Of a stretch of DNA of 64,000 bases, positions 12,666 to 25,600 are shown one piece after another; positions within the stretch are counted from its first letter, which is position 1; each line of letters starts with the position of its first letter. Made by a program: the position numbers and the translations under genes. The notes beneath the pieces were generated by a model. The model was not told where the DNA came from, did not search any database, and saw only the letters and a list, made by a program, of their open reading frames with translations. The DNA is taken from NCBI GenBank assembly GCA_965203295.1, contig CBDBCZ010000018.1, positions 1,472,001 through 1,536,000 on the forward strand. Direction: 5' to 3'. Source of the stretch: Nitrospirales bacterium. GTDB taxonomy: Bacteria > Nitrospirota > Nitrospiria > Nitrospirales > UBA8639.

Positions 12666-12991
12666 TGTAAGTGAGAAAGATGGAGTAGTTTCCTGAAGGG
12701 AGATTAATATCAGCGGAACCATTCTCTTGCAGTCGGCCATACAGTTTGCGGAATTTGGAAATGCTGACACACGAAACCAAACAATAAAGCTCTCGTTCTC
12801 CAGTCCCCCAGGAATTTCTGAGAGATCATACGGCCAGTTGGGGGGCATGGTGGTGTCAACAAGATCCTCAGGGCTGACCTCAGGGGCGCCGTTTGGGTTT
12901 TGGAAGCGAACACTACAGTCAGTATCCCTGGTTCTATTACAGCAGGTCATGTTCTCACCCGTATCACGATTCATGAACATATCAAAGGAGT
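12666..12991 (-). pseudogene. TMEM30A: CDC50/TMEM30 internal exon with a frameshift
   Basis: RFQNP..PPNW..GLENESFIVWFRVSAFPN, then a 1-nt loss near 12752, then FRKLYGRL..LPSGNYSIFLTY. The conserved GIAW before DTD appears to be deleted. Confidence 0.9.
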
Positions 12992-13628
12992 CTAGAAGGA
13001 GAGACAAACACAATAATAATTTACACAGCCCACATACTTAAACTCAGACGTCTACATGAACAAGGACAAACTACACACATGTGTGTTCAGGAATTTTACT
13101 ATGCACGCACGATCCACTCTAATCACTACATTGGAGTGCACAAAACATTGTGACTGTTCGCATTTTGCCAGATCTAGAAAAGTATTGTATTAACATTTTA
13201 AAAGTGAGATGGGCCATCACTGAAGATGCAATATGGTGAAGCAAAAGTCATATATGTACATGTAGATATCTAGTAATCCATCAAAACCAAAATCTGCATT
13301 TGGCGTTAGAAATTTCTTTGGAAGGTTCGCTCCCACTATATTTGCTAGTAGACTCAGAGAGTCCATGCACTGTTTATAGTGGAAATTCCACTCCAATTCT
13401 GTGCATAAATTACACAAGTGACTGTACAAGATATGAATGGATCTACAATGTATGAGTGTACACACTGTACGTATATGTTTTTTTTTCAACCTCACTGCTT
13501 TCCCAAAGAGCTTGACTTCTTTATTTGGACTGCCACATTAAATAGATGATAATTATTCTACAACTCCCCACATCCAGATGAAATCATAGAGAAGGTTGGA
13601 AGAAGCTAACCCACATGTACGTACATAC

Positions 13629-16600
13629 CTCTGAGGCACACATCATCTCTGAGTGCTTCTGCAAACTCTTGTGCACCTTTATCACCAATGTCAACGTTGA
13701 AGTTTAGTGTAACTCTGCGCAGACCTGGTATCTTTTCCAGTTTGAGCTTTTATGATCGGAGGCTTCACTTTGTCTGTGCAGGCAATGTTGCTGCAGAAAT
13801 AGTAAAGGTGTAGTAAATAAATGTAGCCTCATACCCGGATAGACCTATTACCACCGTAGTAATGTAACTGAGATGTATATCAGAACATATATGTATATAC
13901 AATCTCATTACTACGTAGCTACACACAAGTTCCTTCCTTCATTACAGCAAGGCTTCTTAGGCTTCTCTCCAGTTCAATTCAGTGACAGCTTTAGTCCTTG
14001 TTTTGTAAGGCATGGTACCATACACAGGAAGAGCAACTAAAATGTGACTTCCAATCTTTAAAAGCCACTCTGAATACCTGTCTGCCAATCACGATGACTG
14101 AAGTGTTGACGGAACTGTCAGTCTACTTCAGTGAAAACTTTTGTTTCGTTAGAAAGAGAAAGGAATCTATTCTAAATCAAAGCAACAACACCTCTAGTGA
14201 TGTTCGTAAAATTCTAATTGCTAACCATCCTAGAGCGATGGTACAGAAGTAAAGCCTGTTGACTTTTGCCACAGTTAGCAACACTGTTGTCGTGAGTGAC
14301 ATATTGTGCATGCAAATAACATGTAGTTGATATGTATCGCTAGACTACAACCTTGATTAGGACTGCTACTGATGATGCTCCTTGGGATGACAGGCTGCAC
14401 GCAGTGAGATCCAGCCACTCCAGAGAATAAGAGTTCTTCACCGCACTGCAGATGACTGCATAGTAAGGGAGTATATTATATATCAGCATCAGTATGAATC
14501 TTACGTACGTGCACTTTTGGCATGCTTAGAATGGTACCCACAACCGGTGTGGTCTGTACTGGCTCAGGTATGTATATGATAATTACGTAAGGAGGTGGGA
14601 ATTAGAGAGCTCGATTGTAATGCATGTACATGCATTGGATTAAGTAACTTGGTATTACAATGTAAGCTATCATCAGCCACACTTCAGTAATCTACAATGC
14701 TTGTGATTAAGAGAAATACAGTAGTTTGGTCTGTTTGAGCAACACTTCATGTTCTGTCAACTAATAGAGCTCACCTTCAGCAGCCTTGTTCCCGATCTCA
14801 GATCCCTTCAGTGAAAGATGCACCAAGGATGTAGTTTTCAGCAATCCCTAAACATGGAGGCTGGAAGATGGCCACACCAGGATTACTTCCTGGAAAACAT
14901 AATTCAATTTTAATATGGTGCGGACTACAAGCGCTATTTAAGTATATGATCGAGTGGTTCCAGTGGGGTTGGTACCTAAATGAGTTCCCTCAACAGTGAA
15001 TCAGGCATCACCGCCCAATACTACCATAGTCTCATGCCCAGCCACATGTTAGAAAGGTGGGTGTGGCACACTGTATAATCAAAGTTGGTTTAAAAATACG
15101 TCAGCAGTCCCAGAACTGGACCGGCAATGCGAAGTGGATATCACAGTTGCATCTATGTTGTAGCCTTGTTCCCAGCCACCAGCTCTTGCAAAAATAAATG
15201 GGAGAAGTAACTTTTCCCGTTTATTTTCCTGAGTGCACGTGGGAGGAGCCTGGAAACGAGGCCATTCATGTCGCTGAACTTCCCATGGTTAGGTGGGTAC
15301 GAAGTGGCTGCTGCAATTGTGATATCCGCTTGGTGATGTAATACTACAATCAGCCAATTGCACTGCCGGTCCAGATCTGGGATTGCTGACGTATGGCTAA
15401 CCCAAATTTCAATACACAGGGGGCGCCAGTCCCACTTTTTTAACGTGGGGGCTGGGCACGAGACTACCACTACTATGGCCTACTGCAACTGTGATATCTG
15501 TTTGGTGATGAAATATTCAATGCCGGTCCAGAACTGTGGCCACTGATGATGCAATGCTGCCGCAACTTTGAATATACAGGGCGTAACGTAGGACTGGGCA
15601 CAAGACAAATAATGCCAGGGCTAGCTAGACATGTGGCAATAATGAAAAACCCAATTGCAATGTAGAGTCTCAGAAATAATGTTTTCACTCCACAATGTGA
15701 CAGTTAAGGGATGGCCATACGTGCAAACTACATGTATACACTGTCCAAGCTAAACTACGTACAAAAGCACATGACTATACTAGATAAAGACAAGGACTAG
15801 AATATTTTGGCAACGTTATTGTAATTTCAGATTCATGATACACGCAATTAATATATACTAACATGTAGTAGCCAGTAGTGGCTGTACACACTGTGCATAC
15901 TATCAAATGTAATGGATATGCCCCCCACACTGTTTAGACTAGAAAATGCACAATTTAGATTTGTGGTACTGTAGATACAAAGCTGCCTTCACATCTACAT
16001 GTACGTACATCATCTACTACGCTAATTGCATTTACCTGTGCTAAACACTTGCAGTCTTTCAGGTGTAGGTGAACACCTTCAAACACGAGAGATTTCAGAG
16101 CACTTGAGGCACACAAGCACCCTTGAACAGATCTATCATAAAGTCATTCCATTATATATATCAGTATATGCAGTGCTGTATATACTGCAAAGCACAAGCT
16201 TAATTACTGTGATCATAGATAGTAGAGTAGGAGGAGTTCCTGTCCTTCTACTCTACTATCTATGGTGCGATAAAAAGTATCTTAAGGTTCAAAACTGCAT
16301 TGATTATTAACTTAAGATCAATGCACTAACTTTAATGCAGCTAGAGCTACCGTACCAGTTGTCTAATGAGGGCTCTATCCTACTATTAACATGGTACACA
16401 TATACCATTAACACCATCAACTGCAGGTACGTACTCGGCAATGCTGTACACTGTATTTCTATCAGGCACACCACGTCTCAAATGTGGAACAGCAGCAACT
16501 CTTTGGTACTTCACACCATCTGCAGAACAAAGAGAAGCGATATTTGCTAGTTATAGCTGACAGTAGTCTAAGACTAGTGTTTCTTTGTGCATAGATTCAC

Positions 16601-17107
16601 TATTATAAACATACCTACACAGCAGTCAATCAACTGGAAGCTTTCTGCTTATGCTGTACACAAAGCTGCCCTGTGCAAATGTACATCTATCCTCGCTCCC
16701 AGGCCCTCACTTCATTTGGTTGCATGAAGGCTAGCATAATATACTTGTAAAAAGTCACTGGATTAATGGAGGTACTGTCTAACTACATGTATTGGTGTAC
16801 TGACCACTATTTACAGTATTATAGATAAAAGGTCTAATTACATACCAATGCTTCTCACAGTTGGGTAAAGTCTTTCCTCCCATTTGTCTATGAAGGCAAC
16901 AGTATGCAGTGCCTTGTTGATCTGTAAAGCAGTCAGAACTGGGTGCCAGTCGTTTCTCTTAGCCTTGTAGACCCGACAACTCAGCACTCCTTCCTTGGCT
17001 CCACTGCGTATACTGGCTATAGGACACGTGTCTTCCAGGGCACACAGGCTTTCATAGTAAGCTACAAAGTCTTCAGCTCCTCGCTCATGAATGCGAACAG
17101 CCTCCAT
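13629..17107 (-). pseudogene. CEP78: CEP78 (centrosomal LRR protein) exons 1-6: 17107-16846, 16519-16435, 16132-16036, 14847-14775, 14455-14352, 13790-13629; 3' exons absent
   Basis: GT-AG exons with consistent phases read MEAVRIHERGAEDFVAYYESLCAL.., GCLCASSALKSL.., GLLKTTSLVHLSL..IGNK, ICSAVKNS..TACSLSSQGA and GLRRVTLNFNVDIGDKGA..DDVCLR, matching CEP78 as I recall it. Exon 6 has a frameshifting deletion and TAA at 13752-13750. Confidence 0.9.
15028..15467. mobile_element. Academ-like MITE (TAG...CTA ends) in CEP78 intron 3, with a nested related element at about 15160-15264
   Basis: TAGTCTCATGCCCAGCC...GGCTGGGCACGAGACTA TIRs, plus internal inverted arms (GGACCGGCA/TGCCGGTCC and GATATCACA/TGTGATATC). 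Confidence 0.55.
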
Positions 17108-20100
17108 CTATGGTGGAAATAGCAACTTCTGATATAGAGGTATTAGCTATACCGTACCATGAACAAGCTGCTCTGAATATAGTTAACTCCCTATAGCTAC
17201 ATGAACGCATACTACATTTATTTCTTTCTGGTAGGTTTAGATTGTAGTTGCATTGTCTAGTAAGTACATGTAATCTGCTGTTTCAATGGATTATGAAAGC
17301 AGTTCAAGCACCTATTCCACAACATATATGTGAATAAGAAGGTGCTTTGCACTCATTTTGATAAAAAAATTAGGCCAAAAATTAAATGTAGTTGTTCCAA
17401 GTCTGTACTAAAATGACAGTAGAAGAAATGGTGGGACTAAGATCTTTATTTAATGTGACAATATAAAGCCCCTCAGAAGGTTATAAACAGAATGTTATTC
17501 AAGTATTCCATCAGACATCTTTAGTGACATACTCTATGAATTTGTGTGCAACATGTGGCCGTAGGTAAAGTACAAAGATCTCTGCAGGCAGGCTTGAAAA
17601 AGATGCTATCAGTGTATTAAAGGTATACAAGGGTCACCAACACCTTCAGGTGCTGGGAGCAGTAAGTGTAGCGTCTGGAGACACTAGCCTTGAGCTGCAT
17701 ATGGGACACGAGTTCAAATCCTGGTTCAGCAAAAACCCAATGAAGGTTTGGAGCAGCTATGGTACAGGGCTGGGTGCTTCCCTCTTGCTGTGGAAACTGG
17801 TACATGTACATACGCCATATCAGCTTCCCACAGTGTTTCAGATACCATTTTTATAACCCAATTTGGTATCTTTCATGGCTGATTAAGCATTTCAGTACAC
17901 TAATTAAATGCTGCAGCTACAAGTATAGGCAAATCAGGATTCTAGAGGTCTGGCAAACAAAGAAAGTTAGGATTGTCTCTATGATATTATAGAATCTGTA
18001 GGTGAAGGCTACACCAACATGTGGACAGCAAAAGTAACAAGATCGCTCTAAAGTCAGTAGGCATTGTTTGCCCGAGTGCACTTCTCCGAGTGAATCAGGC
18101 CAATCATTTTGTAATGATTATCAACCTTTGTACTCTCCTAACACTAAGTGTCTTTGGCTCCATGGTATTTTGCTCTAGGTGGATAAACCATTGTGGAATA
18201 ATTTATTGAGTCATACAAGTTTCAGTTGTAATGGTTTACAGTTGCTGATGATGTTGCTGCTGATACTTTTCCTTATGGACACCGTAAAGCTTCCCTACTA
18301 GAGTCTACACTCACCAAATATGCAGCATGTGCAGTCAGTCAAGAAAGCCACACCTCTTCGCAGTCGCATGCACTGCAGCAACGCAAGACCGTACTAGCGT
18401 GAGACTCTACACAAACGCTTAGCATGCACGTGAGAACCCAGCTCCTCCTGCGTAACACATTTTACGCAATTAAAATCAGATGATCTGGAGTGCGCAACTG
18501 CTTTCAAGTTATCTATGGTGCTACGTACCTTGACTCTGGTTGCTGTAGTTTGCAGCAGAGATGCTAATAATACCTTTGTTTGCAGCTTTAGTCAAACTCC
18601 CTTCCCCGCCCCCCAAAAGAAAAAAAAAACAAACAAAAACAAAGACCCAGCAATGATAAGTGAGACTTCGACCTGTTCGTGTCTACTGCCATACCTCTCA
18701 TTTCATGTATTATAGGAATCGAGAACGCGGCAAGGAACCGCCAGCTAGCTAAGGAACTACGAAGTATTAAATGCGGGGGCGGGCACGCTACGATATGCGC
18801 CGCGCGCGTCAATGCTTTTCGCGCCAGCTCACGCAGCTCTTGACTGCGTAAGAAAGTTGAACTCTCTAGAATTAAAGTGCGGAATAATGAAGTCTCTATT
18901 CAAGGAACAGGGAGGTTATAGGTATTATCAAATAATTTGTAGCAAGACCTGACAGTTCCCAATTTATGCCCCACCAGGTAGTTTCACGAGTTCACATGAA
19001 ACAGTAATTGATTGTAGGTATCTATCAATAAATAAGAGTAAAATGGAAGCGGTAACATACAACAAAGATTATAGAAGTCTGTCAACATTAAGGATTCTGA
19101 AGCATCTTGAAGAGGAGTATATATATCGTTATAAGGCCAAACAAACTTTCATCACAGCCTCTAGCTACCAGGGGGAATAGAGATGAACCAAATTCCCAAT
19201 TTCATTTCCACCTCTAATTAATTGTACACATTACTTTTCTTGTGTTTGCCTTTAGTGATTGCTGAAATGAAACATAGGTGGGAGATAATTAGTCACACAG
19301 AACACAACTTCAATAAGCAAAGTGGAATGAACCATATCTAAGGAGCAATGTAAGTAACTATGCCTCATATTGACAGCCAACTTTGAGATCAGTGTATTCC
19401 TAGCAGAGAGAATTGGGGAAGTTACTGCTTCCCAATTAATTGCCTACTCTGACAGAGTGCACACATTAATCTTCTTTAGAGATAGCAGATATGTGGGAAT
19501 AAACAAATTATATGCAGTGCACAATCGTAATATGCTGCTCTAGAAGGAACTGTGTAAAAAACAGCGTAAGTAAAACCGTACCCATGACAGTCTACTTAGA
19601 GATCGCACAAAGTCAGGCAAGATATTCCTAGCTAATTAGGAATCTGCCAGAGAGAATGGAGAGGAACCAGCTTCCCAATTCCATTCCCCACTCTAATTAA
19701 TTGTACACGTTACTTTTCTTGTTTTTGCAAAATGTTACTTCAAAGTTTGCAAGCAGAAAACATAAGTGGAAGATAACTAATTTAGTTACACCTAACACAA
19801 CTTCCATAAGAAGTCGTGGAATGAACCATCTAAAAAGCACTGGAACAACAAACAGAACAAAATGTGAGGAAAAGTAAATAACACAATCTCAGTAAGCTTC
19901 TCTAGAAGGAACCATGTAAGGAACCGCACCCCTGACGGCCCACTTTGTGATAACACAAAGCTAATTGAGAATCTGTCTCTTTACTGCAAAGAGACCAACA
20001 GCACAGCCTCTAACTACCGGAGAGAATGGAGAGGAATCAGCTTCCAATTCAATATACCCACTCTAATTAATGACACACATTACTTTTTTGTGTGTTCGCA

Positions 20101-22688
20101 CAATGTAACTTTAGAGATTGCAGGCAGGAAACAGGTGGGGGATGATTAGTCTCACAGAACTTGAAGGAATAATCTACGGAGCAAAGTAAGGAACCGTGCC
20201 TCATATTGACAGCCAACTTTGAGATCAGTGTATTCCTAGCAGAGAAAATTGGAGCAGTTGCTGCTTCCCAAATAATTGCCTACTCTGGTAAGTGCATGCT
20301 TTACTCTCCTCATGTTAACACAATGATTCTTTAGGGAAAGGAGACAGGACAAATGTAAAAAAAGCAAGTTATGCAGTAAACAATTGCAGTAAGCTGCTTT
20401 AGAAGGAACCGTAAGGAACCGTACCGCTGACAGCCCACTTTGAGATCACACAAATCTGCTTCTTTATTGCAAAGATGCCAACAGCACAGCTTCTAGCTAC
20501 CAGAGAGAGCGGAAAGGTACCAGCTTCGCAATTTCATTCTCCACTCGAGTTAATTGTACACATTACTTTTCTTGTGATGGCAAAATGTTACTTCAGAGAT
20601 TGCAGGCAAGAAACCATAGTTAGTACTCTACAATCTATGACGAAACATAGGACGTGGGGGAAATTAGTCACATGCACAGAACACAAATTTGATATGTAAC
20701 CGTGGAATGAACCATCTAAAAAGCACAGTAGTAACTGTGCTTCATATTGACAAGAAAGATTATAGGCGACTGCCAACATTAAGGAGAAGCATCTAGAAGA
20801 GGAGTATATCGTTATAAGGCTAAACAAACTTCTATCACAGCCTCTAGCTGCCAGGGAGAATGGAGAGGTACCAAATTTCCAATTTCATTTTCAACTCTAA
20901 TTAATTGTACACATTACTGTTCTTGTGTTTGCCTTTAGTGATTGCTGAAATGAAACATAGGTGGGAGATAATTAGTCACACAGAACACAACTTCAATAAG
21001 CAAAGTTGAATGAACCATCAATAAGCAACCGTTGACGGAACGTCTAAGGATCAAAGTAAGGAACCGTTGTCACAGTAAATTTGATCGCTCGGAAATTCGA
21101 TCGCGGCGACAGAATTTACTAGGAAATACTATCGCCGAGCGATTCAATTTACTAGGAAATACAGTAGCGATAGTATTTCCTAGTAAATTCTGTCGCCGCG
21201 ATCGAATTCCGAGCGATCGAATTTACTGTGACACCGTGTCTTGTACTGACAGCCAACTTTGAGATCAGTGCATATTCCTAGCAGAGAGAATTGGAGCCGT
21301 ACCTCTCATTTCATGTATTATTGGTATCGAGAACGCGACAATGAACCGACAGCTAGCTAAGAAAAAGAAACCACGAAGTAAATAAATGCGGGGGCGGGGC
21401 ACGCTACGATATGCGCCGCGCGCGTCAATGCTTTTCGCGCCAGCTCACGCAGCTCTCGACTGCACAAGAAAGTTGAACTCTCTAGAATTAAAGTGCGGAA
21501 GAATGAAGTCTCTATTCAAGGAACAGGGAGGTTATAGGTAATATTAAATAATTTGTAGCAAGACCTGACAGTTCCCAATTTATACTCAATGCACCTAGCA
21601 GTTTCACGAGTTCACATGAAACAGTAATTGATTGTAGGTATCTATCAATGGATGCATGTAAAGAACTTTGAGATTGTACTTCTGTAAAATGGAAGCGGCA
21701 ACATACAAGAAAGATTATAGACGTCTGTCAACATTAAGGATTCTGAAGCATCTTGAAGAGTACATATATCGTTATACCACATTACATCACATCCAAGGTG
21801 TTTGATTGGAGCAGAAGAGGAGTATAAAGGGTCATATACTACGTACATTTATGTTTTCATCTTTTAATATACTGCTTTCATGCAGTTTTTATGTATTATG
21901 ACATCGTAAATAACTGCTGCCTCTGGGAATGCTAGCCCAGCGTTTCTAGGTACCTACTCCACCCGATTGATCAAATGTTGTATAAGCCGTATATACCACG
22001 CCTAGGCAAGAAGCGATTGGCCGCCTGTGTATATGTATAGGATATACTCGAAGTATAAACGCGATTACTCCGCTAGGCTGTTTACCCTCGGCTATCGCCT
22101 CAGGTAAACCGTCTAGCGGAGTATATGTATAGGATATACCGCGTCTACGAGGAGTATAAACGCAGATAAACTCCGCTAGACAGTTTATCCGAGGCGTAGC
22201 CGAGGGTAAACCGTCTAGCGGAGTTTATCGCGTTTATACTCCGATTAGGCGTGGTATATCCGGCTTATATCACAGGCGGCCAATCGCTTGCCGTTTGTCA
22301 TCGCCATAGTTACCATTCAGTAGTAATCATTTATTACGTAAACAAAAAACACGTCAACGAACGTGAAAACACGCATGGAAAACATGAAAACAAAATAGTA
22401 GTATAAACACCTTTATACTCCTCTCTGTAGCCAATGAATTTCTCCAAAAGTGATGTAATGTGATATAACTGCGTTTACACTCCTCGTAGACGTGGTATAT
22501 CCTATACTTATAAGGCTAAACAAACTTTCATCACAGCCTCTAGCTACCAGGGGGAATAGAGAGGAACCAAATTCCCAATTTCTTTTACACCTCTAATTAA
22601 TTTTACACATTACTTTTCTTGTCTTTGCCTTTAGTGATTGCTGAAATGAAACATAGGTGGGAGATAATTAGTCACACAGGACACAACT
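16683..22688 (+). repeat. Segmental duplication, copy 2; ends abruptly at the satellite
   Basis: Co-linear with 1-6875, but lacks about 1840-1940 and the interior of the Ginger-like element. Confidence 0.97.
21068..21233. mobile_element. Collapsed Ginger1-like element (TIRs only, 166 bp)
   Basis: CCGT|TGTCACAG...CTGTGACA|CCGT with a perfect TSD; the interior seen in copy 1 is absent. Confidence 0.8.
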
Positions 22689-25600
22689 AACATCATTCAA
22701 ACTAAACAAGCCTTTCAATAACCAGTTCTTTTCCTAAAAAGTTAGAAAGGGTCAGATCAATGGTAGCTAGTTACTTTGGCTGAAAGTCTTTGCCTGAGAC
22801 CAACAAAACTAACAATTTTCAATAAAATCCTTCTTTCCTAATCTTCAGACTAACCTCAACCAAACTAAACAAGCCTTTGAATAACCAGTTCCTTTCTTGA
22901 GCATCGATACTTCCTAAACATGTATTGTATCCGACTAACATCATTAAAACTAATCAAGCCTTTGAATAACCAGTTCTTTTCCTAAACAGTTGGGAAGGGT
23001 CAGATCAATGGTAGCTAGATACTTTGGCTCAAAGTCTTTGCTAGAGACCAACAAAACTATCGATTTTCTATAAAATACTTCTTTCCTAATCTGCAGACTA
23101 ACATCAAGCAAACTAAATAAGCATTTGAATAACCAGTTCCTTTCTTGAACATCGATACTTCCTAAGCATGTATTGTATCTGACTAACATCATTAAAACTA
23201 AACAAGCCTTTGAATAACAAGTTCTTTTCCTAAACAGTTGGGAAGGGTCAGATCAATGGTAGCCAGTTACTTTGGCTGAAAGTCTTTGCCTGAGACCAAC
23301 AAAACTAACAATTTTCAATAAAATCCTTCTTTCCTAATCTTCAGGCTAACATCAACAAAACTAAACAGGCCTTTGAATAACCAGCTCTTTTTCTAAACAG
23401 TTGGGAAGGGTCAGAAAAAGGGTAGCAAGTTACTTTGGCTTAAAATCTTTGCTAGAGACAAAAAAACGAACAATTTTAAATAAAATCCTTCTTTCCTAAT
23501 CTGCAGACTAACATCAACCAAACTAAACAAGCCTTTGAATAACCAGTTCCTTTCTTGAACATCGATACTTCCTAAGCATGTATTGTATCTGACTAACATC
23601 ATTCAAACTAAACAAGCCTTTGAAAAACAAGTTCTTTTCCTAAACAGTTGGGAAGGGTCAGATCAATGGTAGCCAGTTACTTTGGCTGAAAGTCTTTGCC
23701 TGAGACCAACAAAACTAACAATTTTCAATAAAATCCTTTTTTCCTAATCTTCAGACTAACATCAACCAAACTAAAAAAAGGCTTTCAATAACCAGTTCCT
23801 TTCTTGAACATCGATACTTCCTAAACATGTATTGTATCCGACTAACATCATTAAAACTAATCAAGCCTTTGAATAACCAGTTCTTTTCCTAAACAGTTGG
23901 GAAGGATCAGATGAATGGTAGCTAGTTACTTTGGCTAAAAGTCTTTGCTAGAGACAAAAAAACGAACAATTTTAAATAAAATCCTTCTTTCCTAATCTGC
24001 AGACTAACATCAACCAAACTAAACAAGCCTTTGAATAACCAGTTCCTTTCTTGAACATCGATACTTCCTATGCATGTATTGTATCTGACTAACATCATTC
24101 AAACTAAACAAGCCTTTGAATAAAAAGTTCTTTTCCTAAACAGTTGGGAAGGGTCAGATCAATGGTAGCCAGTTACTTTTGCTGAAAGTCTTTGCCTGAG
24201 ACCAACAAAACTAACAATTTTCAATAAAATCCTTTTTTCCTAATCTTCAGACTAACATCAACCAAACTAAACAAGCCTTTGAATAACCAGTTCCTTTCTT
24301 GAACATCGATACTTCCTAAGCGTGTATTGTATCTGACTAACATCATTCAAGCTAAACAGGCCTTTGAATAACCAGTTCTTTTTCTAAACAGTTGGGAAGG
24401 GTCAGATAAATGGTAGATAGTTACTTTGGCTTAAAGTCTTTGCTAGAGACCAACAAAACTAACAATTTGCAATAAAATCCTTCTTTCCTAATCTTCAGAC
24501 TAACATTATTCAAACTAAACAAGCCTTTGAATAACCAGTTCTTTTCCTAAACAGTTAGGAAGGGTCAGATCAATGGTAGCTAGTTACTTTGGCTGAAAGT
24601 CTTTGCTTGAGACCAACAAAACTAACAATTTTCAATAAAATCCTTCTTTCCTAATCTTCAGACTAACATCATTCAAACTAAACAAGCCTTTGAATAACCA
24701 GTTCTTTTCCTAAACAGTTAGGAAGGGTCAGATCAATGGTAGCTAGTTACTTTGGCTTAAAGTCTTTGCTAGAGACCAACAAAACTAACAATATTCAATA
24801 AAATCCTTCTTTCCTAATCTTCAGACTGACATCATTCAAACTAAACAGGCCTTTGAATAACCAGTTCTTTTCCTAAACAGTTGGGATGGGTCAGATCAAA
24901 GGTAGCTAGATACTTTGGCTTAAAGTCTTTGCTAGAGACCAACAAAACAAACAATTTTCAATAAAATCCTTCTTTCCTAATCTTCAGACTAACATCAACA
25001 AAACTAAACAAGCCTTTGAATAACCAGTTCCTTTCTTGAACATTGATACTTCCTAAGCATGTATTGTATCTGACTAATATCATTCAAACAAAACAAGCCT
25101 TTGAATAACCAGCTCTTTTTCTAAATAGTTGGGAAGGATCAGATCAATGGTAGCCAGTTACTTTGGCTTAAAGTCTTTGCAAGAGACAAACAAAACTAAC
25201 AATTATCAATAAAATCCTTCTTTCCTAATCTTCAGGCTAACATCAACAAAACTAAACAGGCCTTTGAATAACCAGTTCTTTTTCTAAACAGTTCGGAAGG
25301 GTCAGATAAATGGTAGCTAGTTACTTTGGCTTAAAGTCTTTGCTAGAGACCAACAAAATTAACAATTTTCAATAAAATCCTTCTTTCCTAATCTTCAGAC
25401 TAACATCATTCAAACTAAACAAGCCTTTGAATAACCAGTTCTTTTCCTAAACTGTTAGGAAGGGTCAGATCAATGGTAGCTAGTTACTTTGGCTGAAAGT
25501 CTTCGCCTGAGACCAACAAAACTAACAATTTTCAATAAAATCCTTCTTTCCTAATAATCAGACTAACATCAAGCAAACTAAATAAGCATTTGAATAACCA

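Noticed and set aside
22950..23602. Repeat-protein ORFs in the satellite
   Set aside because: Monomer lengths of 85, 163 and 248 are not multiples of 3, and stops are frequent.
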